From: Takakia lepidozioides
Lineage: Eukaryota; Plantae; Bryophyta
DNA length: 64,000 nt
Assembly (NCBI GenBank): GCA_030704615.1
Contig: CM060731.1
Location: 34,906,001-34,970,000, forward strand
Direction: 5' to 3'
The notes under the pieces were generated by a model. It searched no databases. It saw nothing but the letters and a program-made list of their open reading frames with translations, and had not been told where the DNA came from. The position numbers were made by a program, and so were the translations under genes. Shown in pieces: positions 60,093-64,000 of the stretch (the stretch's first letter is position 1; every line of letters begins with the position of its first letter).

Positions 60093-61609
60093 AGAGTCCT
60101 GTAACTTTTTATTAAAAGACCAATTCAAGGTGCTGATTAGTGCAGCTCATAAATAAGGTGAACCCCTTTCAGAAAAGACTATAATATTTCATTTCACCTT
60201 ATTTTACCCTAGGAAATAACTCCAATAAGTTACTATTTGCGCGACTATTGGGCTCTCTACCCTAGAAGGTGTCCGCCTCTCAACCGGAAGGCTAGCAGGT
60301 GAAATGACACTATACACAGTTGCTTTAGTGGAGCCTTTCTGCATCTCTTGTTGCGAATTCTAGCTAAACAACAAAATTAATTCCAGGTGGCCAAGTTCTA
60401 GATGAACGACATAATCCTTTGGCTAGCTAAAATTGGTCGAGTTCTAACTAAAGAACATAATCTTTGGCTACTTGAAGTTAATTTTAGTTAGCCTAGATTT
60501 ATTTTGGGCCTAATCCATTTTTTGTTTTTTTATTTCAAAATGGTCATTGGGAAACAAAATAAAACAAGCCGCAAACCTGGAGAGGCTCTGTCCAATGAAG
60601 CAACAATTTTGACAAGCTGCCATGTGGTTTATAGTTTATACTTGAGAGCTTTTTTAGACCAATCATACTCTCAACACACTGTGCAATGGTTCGTTGACCA
60701 CATTTTCTCCATTGACTTCAACATGATGCAAAGTCTCTGGCCTGAAGGGACAGAGCCAATAAAACCCAAGAGGAAAATAAAAAATCACTTGTTAGGCTAT
60801 TCCTGGCCTCAATGCAATTTGGGCTTCTGTTCCTTTGGGAAAAACAAAACAGAGCACAGAGGGAAAACACAGGCCAATGCGAGAGCCTTAGGACAAAGTA
60901 AAGAGGTTTTCGACTTTGTATTTCAGCGACAGTTCCAGGCAGAAATGTGAATGCCTCAAGCGTAACGGGACTCTGAAGGGCTACTGCCTTATCGGGAAGG
61001 TGGAGACTGGACACCTTTACGACATCCAACTAGCGGTTTGAACCCACAATCACTGGTGCCCTTGCCACGCCAGCTAAGGCACCCTCATCACAATGTTCGA
61101 TTTAGTTCTTAGTTCTTCCCATCTTAGGGATGCCTTACCCCATACATACTTGGTGCCCATGTCAGTGCCCTTGCAACCTTCTCAACAACATTGTCAATTT
61201 CCCAGATCCATTCCATTTTTAAGAACATAAAAAAACTGGAAAACTTTATGAGCCCCATACAAACAAGGTGCCATTCACCCTAGTTGGAACATGTATAGAA
61301 AGTTCTGGAGGGCTTTATTAAAAAAATTGCACATGAGATGACGTGATTGTACATGAGAGTATAACAACATGAGAAGGAACATGAGACATGCATGCATGGT
61401 GGCATGGAGCATCATCAAGTTGCAGGCTCCTCGCCACCTTTAAAAAGCCCTCGAGCCTGCTGCACACACACCGTGTTTGCACACTTCAGCGCCTTGGCTT
61501 GTCGCTACTCTCTACTCTGCACACTTCCTCTCCTCAGCTTGTATCCCTCTCTTCTTCTGTCCACAATCCTGCTGTGATGAAACATTGAAAAGAGGACGAA
61601 TGGTACCTG

Positions 61610-63148
61610 CTAGGTTGGATCGATGATGCTGTAACAAGGCGTGAATGGGAAACCTCTTACTTCCTCGAAGTCACCACTTTCGTCGAATTCCCCTGCAGAA
61701 TTGTCTTCATCTTGCTCCTTGTTGCAGGAGCCTTCCTCACCATCATTCTCGTCTCCATCCTCCATGTTTTCGTCTTTCAGATGTCCTCCAGCACTGCTTT
61801 CATGGTTGCCTGTGACATCTCCCTCGGTACTGTCTGACATATAGTCGCCATCGTCATCCCCACCGTAAGAGCTCTCTCCATCTCTATCACCATCTTCAAC
61901 TCCCCCAATATTGCCTTGCTCACGAATAGGGCAGTCCTCTATCCACTGTAGCGAGAGGTTGGACATGTTGCAAATGCAACTTGTCCGTCCAGACCTGCTG
62001 ATTATGACAATGTAATCACCGTGGCAAAAACAACTGAAGGCCCTCATGAAACGTGAATGGTCCAAATTATACGCATCCTTATGGCCATGAGTCCTCTCAA
62101 ATCGCTTGAAGTCCATCCAGAACCTAATCAGACTGTCATCCCTAAACTTTGCAATGCTGACCCAGGGAAGATCAGGATTGAGATGATCCAATAGATAGAC
62201 GTTTATACAATGTTCCTCGTCTTGAAATTCTATCTCCATAGAATGATCCTCTTCATGGAACTGTATCTCCACCTTCACTAGGTGACCTCTGTAGTTTCCC
62301 AGCATCGGATAGACCGAACTATCCTTCAAGTCTGTAGCGTCATACACCATCTGCCATGACCCAGTTTCTGTATTGAATGACAGCAACTTATCAACACGAG
62401 TATCGAGGACATATAAGATTTGTCCACATACCGCACTGATGTCATCGATGAAGTACCTCCTCTGCCATGATTCTCTTTCAAAGTCGACGAGGTAGTGTCT
62501 GCCCATCCAAGACTCCCCTTCTGCGTCAGTAGGGCCAAGAAAAACCTCCCAATCGCGTGTCTGCGAGTGGTAAATCTGGGTTCTGTAACCGTCTTGATCG
62601 CAGCAAAGGCATGTGCGTTGATATTGTCCCACAACGATAAACTTGTAAGACTTTGTTGCCTCATTAAACAATAGTGCATGCGTTTCTCCGAGCATTTTGG
62701 GTACATTTGCTTGGGCGTCTGCACAAAACGGAGTGGATTCAGGATTCGGCGTCCACTCTGAAACCGGTAGTTTTGTGATTTTTTGGCTTAATGGATTAAC
62801 CACCCAATAGTGGGAGGGAAATTGTTTGGTTGTGTAACAGATGAGGCCTCCACCCGTTGCCACTGGGGTCACTGCCACAGCATCCAGGCCCATAGCGTCC
62901 AAGTTGGGCATGGTGCCCCACTCCCTGGAGACAAGATTGAGACTGCACCCTCGCCGTTGGTTGGCTTTCACAGGCAGAACCAGGCAGAATACATCTAAAC
63001 CGCAGTTCTTGAAGTCAACTGCATCCTGTTCAGACCCTTTGAATGCTTTGCATGTGGGGAAAGTTTTACAGACATGTTGCAGGGGCCACCCGATCATACA
63101 CGCCTGCAGATTCCTAGCGATGTCGGCGGAAAGGTGCAGTTCCTCCAT
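61610..63148 (-). CDS. F-box protein with beta-propeller (kelch/FBA-like) domain and an acidic C-terminal insert; intronless
   Basis: Degenerate F-box LSADIARNLQACMIGWPLQHVCKTFPTCKAF; VATGGGLICY, VVNPLSQKITKLP, TQIYHSQTRDW; terminal GFPFTP. Confidence 0.75.
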   Translation of the reverse strand: MEELHLSADIARNLQACMIGWPLQHVCKTFPTCKAFKGSEQDAVDFKNCGLDVFCLVLPVKANQRRGCSLNLVSREWGTMPNLDAMGLDAVAVTPVATGGGLICYTTKQFPSHYWVVNPLSQKITKLPVSEWTPNPESTPFCADAQANVPKMLGETHALLFNEATKSYKFIVVGQYQRTCLCCDQDGYRTQIYHSQTRDWEVFLGPTDAEGESWMGRHYLVDFERESWQRRYFIDDISAVCGQILYVLDTRVDKLLSFNTETGSWQMVYDATDLKDSSVYPMLGNYRGHLVKVEIQFHEEDHSMEIEFQDEEHCINVYLLDHLNPDLPWVSIAKFRDDSLIRFWMDFKRFERTHGHKDAYNLDHSRFMRAFSCFCHGDYIVIISRSGRTSCICNMSNLSLQWIEDCPIREQGNIGGVEDGDRDGESSYGGDDDGDYMSDSTEGDVTGNHESSAGGHLKDENMEDGDENDGEEGSCNKEQDEDNSAGEFDESGDFEEVRGFPFTPCYSIIDPT

Positions 63149-64000
63149 CTTGGACGTGCGGGGGCTGCAGAGAATTTGCCAATTATTCCTCACACATGGT
63201 TATTCTCAGTGTTCAATGCTCCGTGATCTGGTCGGACTGCTGACAAATGTAATATTCCATCAGCAATGTCTGTGCCATCTATATTTGAGTTCATTTATTT
63301 TGTACAATGATATGTACACAGTCCTGACACACAAGCAACATCAGAATTTGTTTTGCCGACTTGGAGTGGCGTCCGTCTCTATTGTTCTAGGTCCCTCCGT
63401 GCCTCTTAGAGGAGTCTTTTAGAGCTGCTTAGATCCTTGTCTGGCCCTAGGTTTCTCTTCCTACTTCCAGTCACTCTCACTTTTGCCAGGGTTCACTGCT
63501 CGCTGCTCGAAATTAGCGAACCTGAGCTGCTGTCTGTGTTTAAGCTCTTTTGTGTTACCCTATCATCATGATGGAAAGCCTGAAGTCACGGCCTCCTATC
63601 ATGGTAAATTTTTTCCATGATTCCTTAATGAGTTATGGGTGTCTGATCCCTTTATAAAAAAAAAGAAAAAAGAAAGAATATGTATGAATGCAGTTCAATA
63701 AATTACTGACCTCATATTTTGGTTCTCAATACCTCCGTTTTGAAAAGTTGATGCTCCCATCTCCATTGCCGCAGAAACACACCCTATGTACAGAAAGATG
63801 AGGTTAGTTGTAATGAGGTTGTAATATTTCCAGAGAGCATTTTGAGGAGCATTTACGAACAGCGACAATATTTTGACACTGTCTACATGAACACCTTCCT
63901 TAATAGAGTGAATGAATATGTGGTCCAATGCACCTCTGTAGCGAGAAATTCATACGTACAATGGTACAATGGATCTCTAAATGAATATAATGTATACAAG

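Overview
Eukaryotic genomic DNA from a land plant, probably a non-seed plant such as a bryophyte (inferred from intron-rich plant-type genes and the TE families). Host genes: 3' end of ARP3, a GPI-anchored stellacyanin-type phytocyanin, a short GEX2-like secreted protein, a GDT1/UPF0016 (PML3/BICAT3-like) transporter, a CHR27/28 (FRG/Ris1-type) SNF2-RING helicase and an F-box protein. Two TE-rich regions hold the unusual content. (1) 3568-18243 is a 14.7-kb foldback-type Mutator element with long modular TIRs and a perfect 9-bp TSD. It carries a decayed MULE transposase, an Ulp1/C48 protease and zinc-finger ORFs, and its non-coding DNA is saturated with one short motif (GGGTTACA), an architecture reminiscent of the VANDAL/VANC anti-silencing system. 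(2) About 43.8-60.1 kb is a nest of TE fragments: a dual-endonuclease (APE+RLE, Dualen/RandI-type) LINE with a PCIF1/CAPAM-like methyltransferase-like domain, a MULE fragment linked to a beta-class N4C/N6A DNA methyltransferase pseudogene, and an intact stand-alone SET-domain ORF beside a pogo/Fot-like transposase. All domain calls come from reading motifs by eye and from recalled family consensus. No searches were run.
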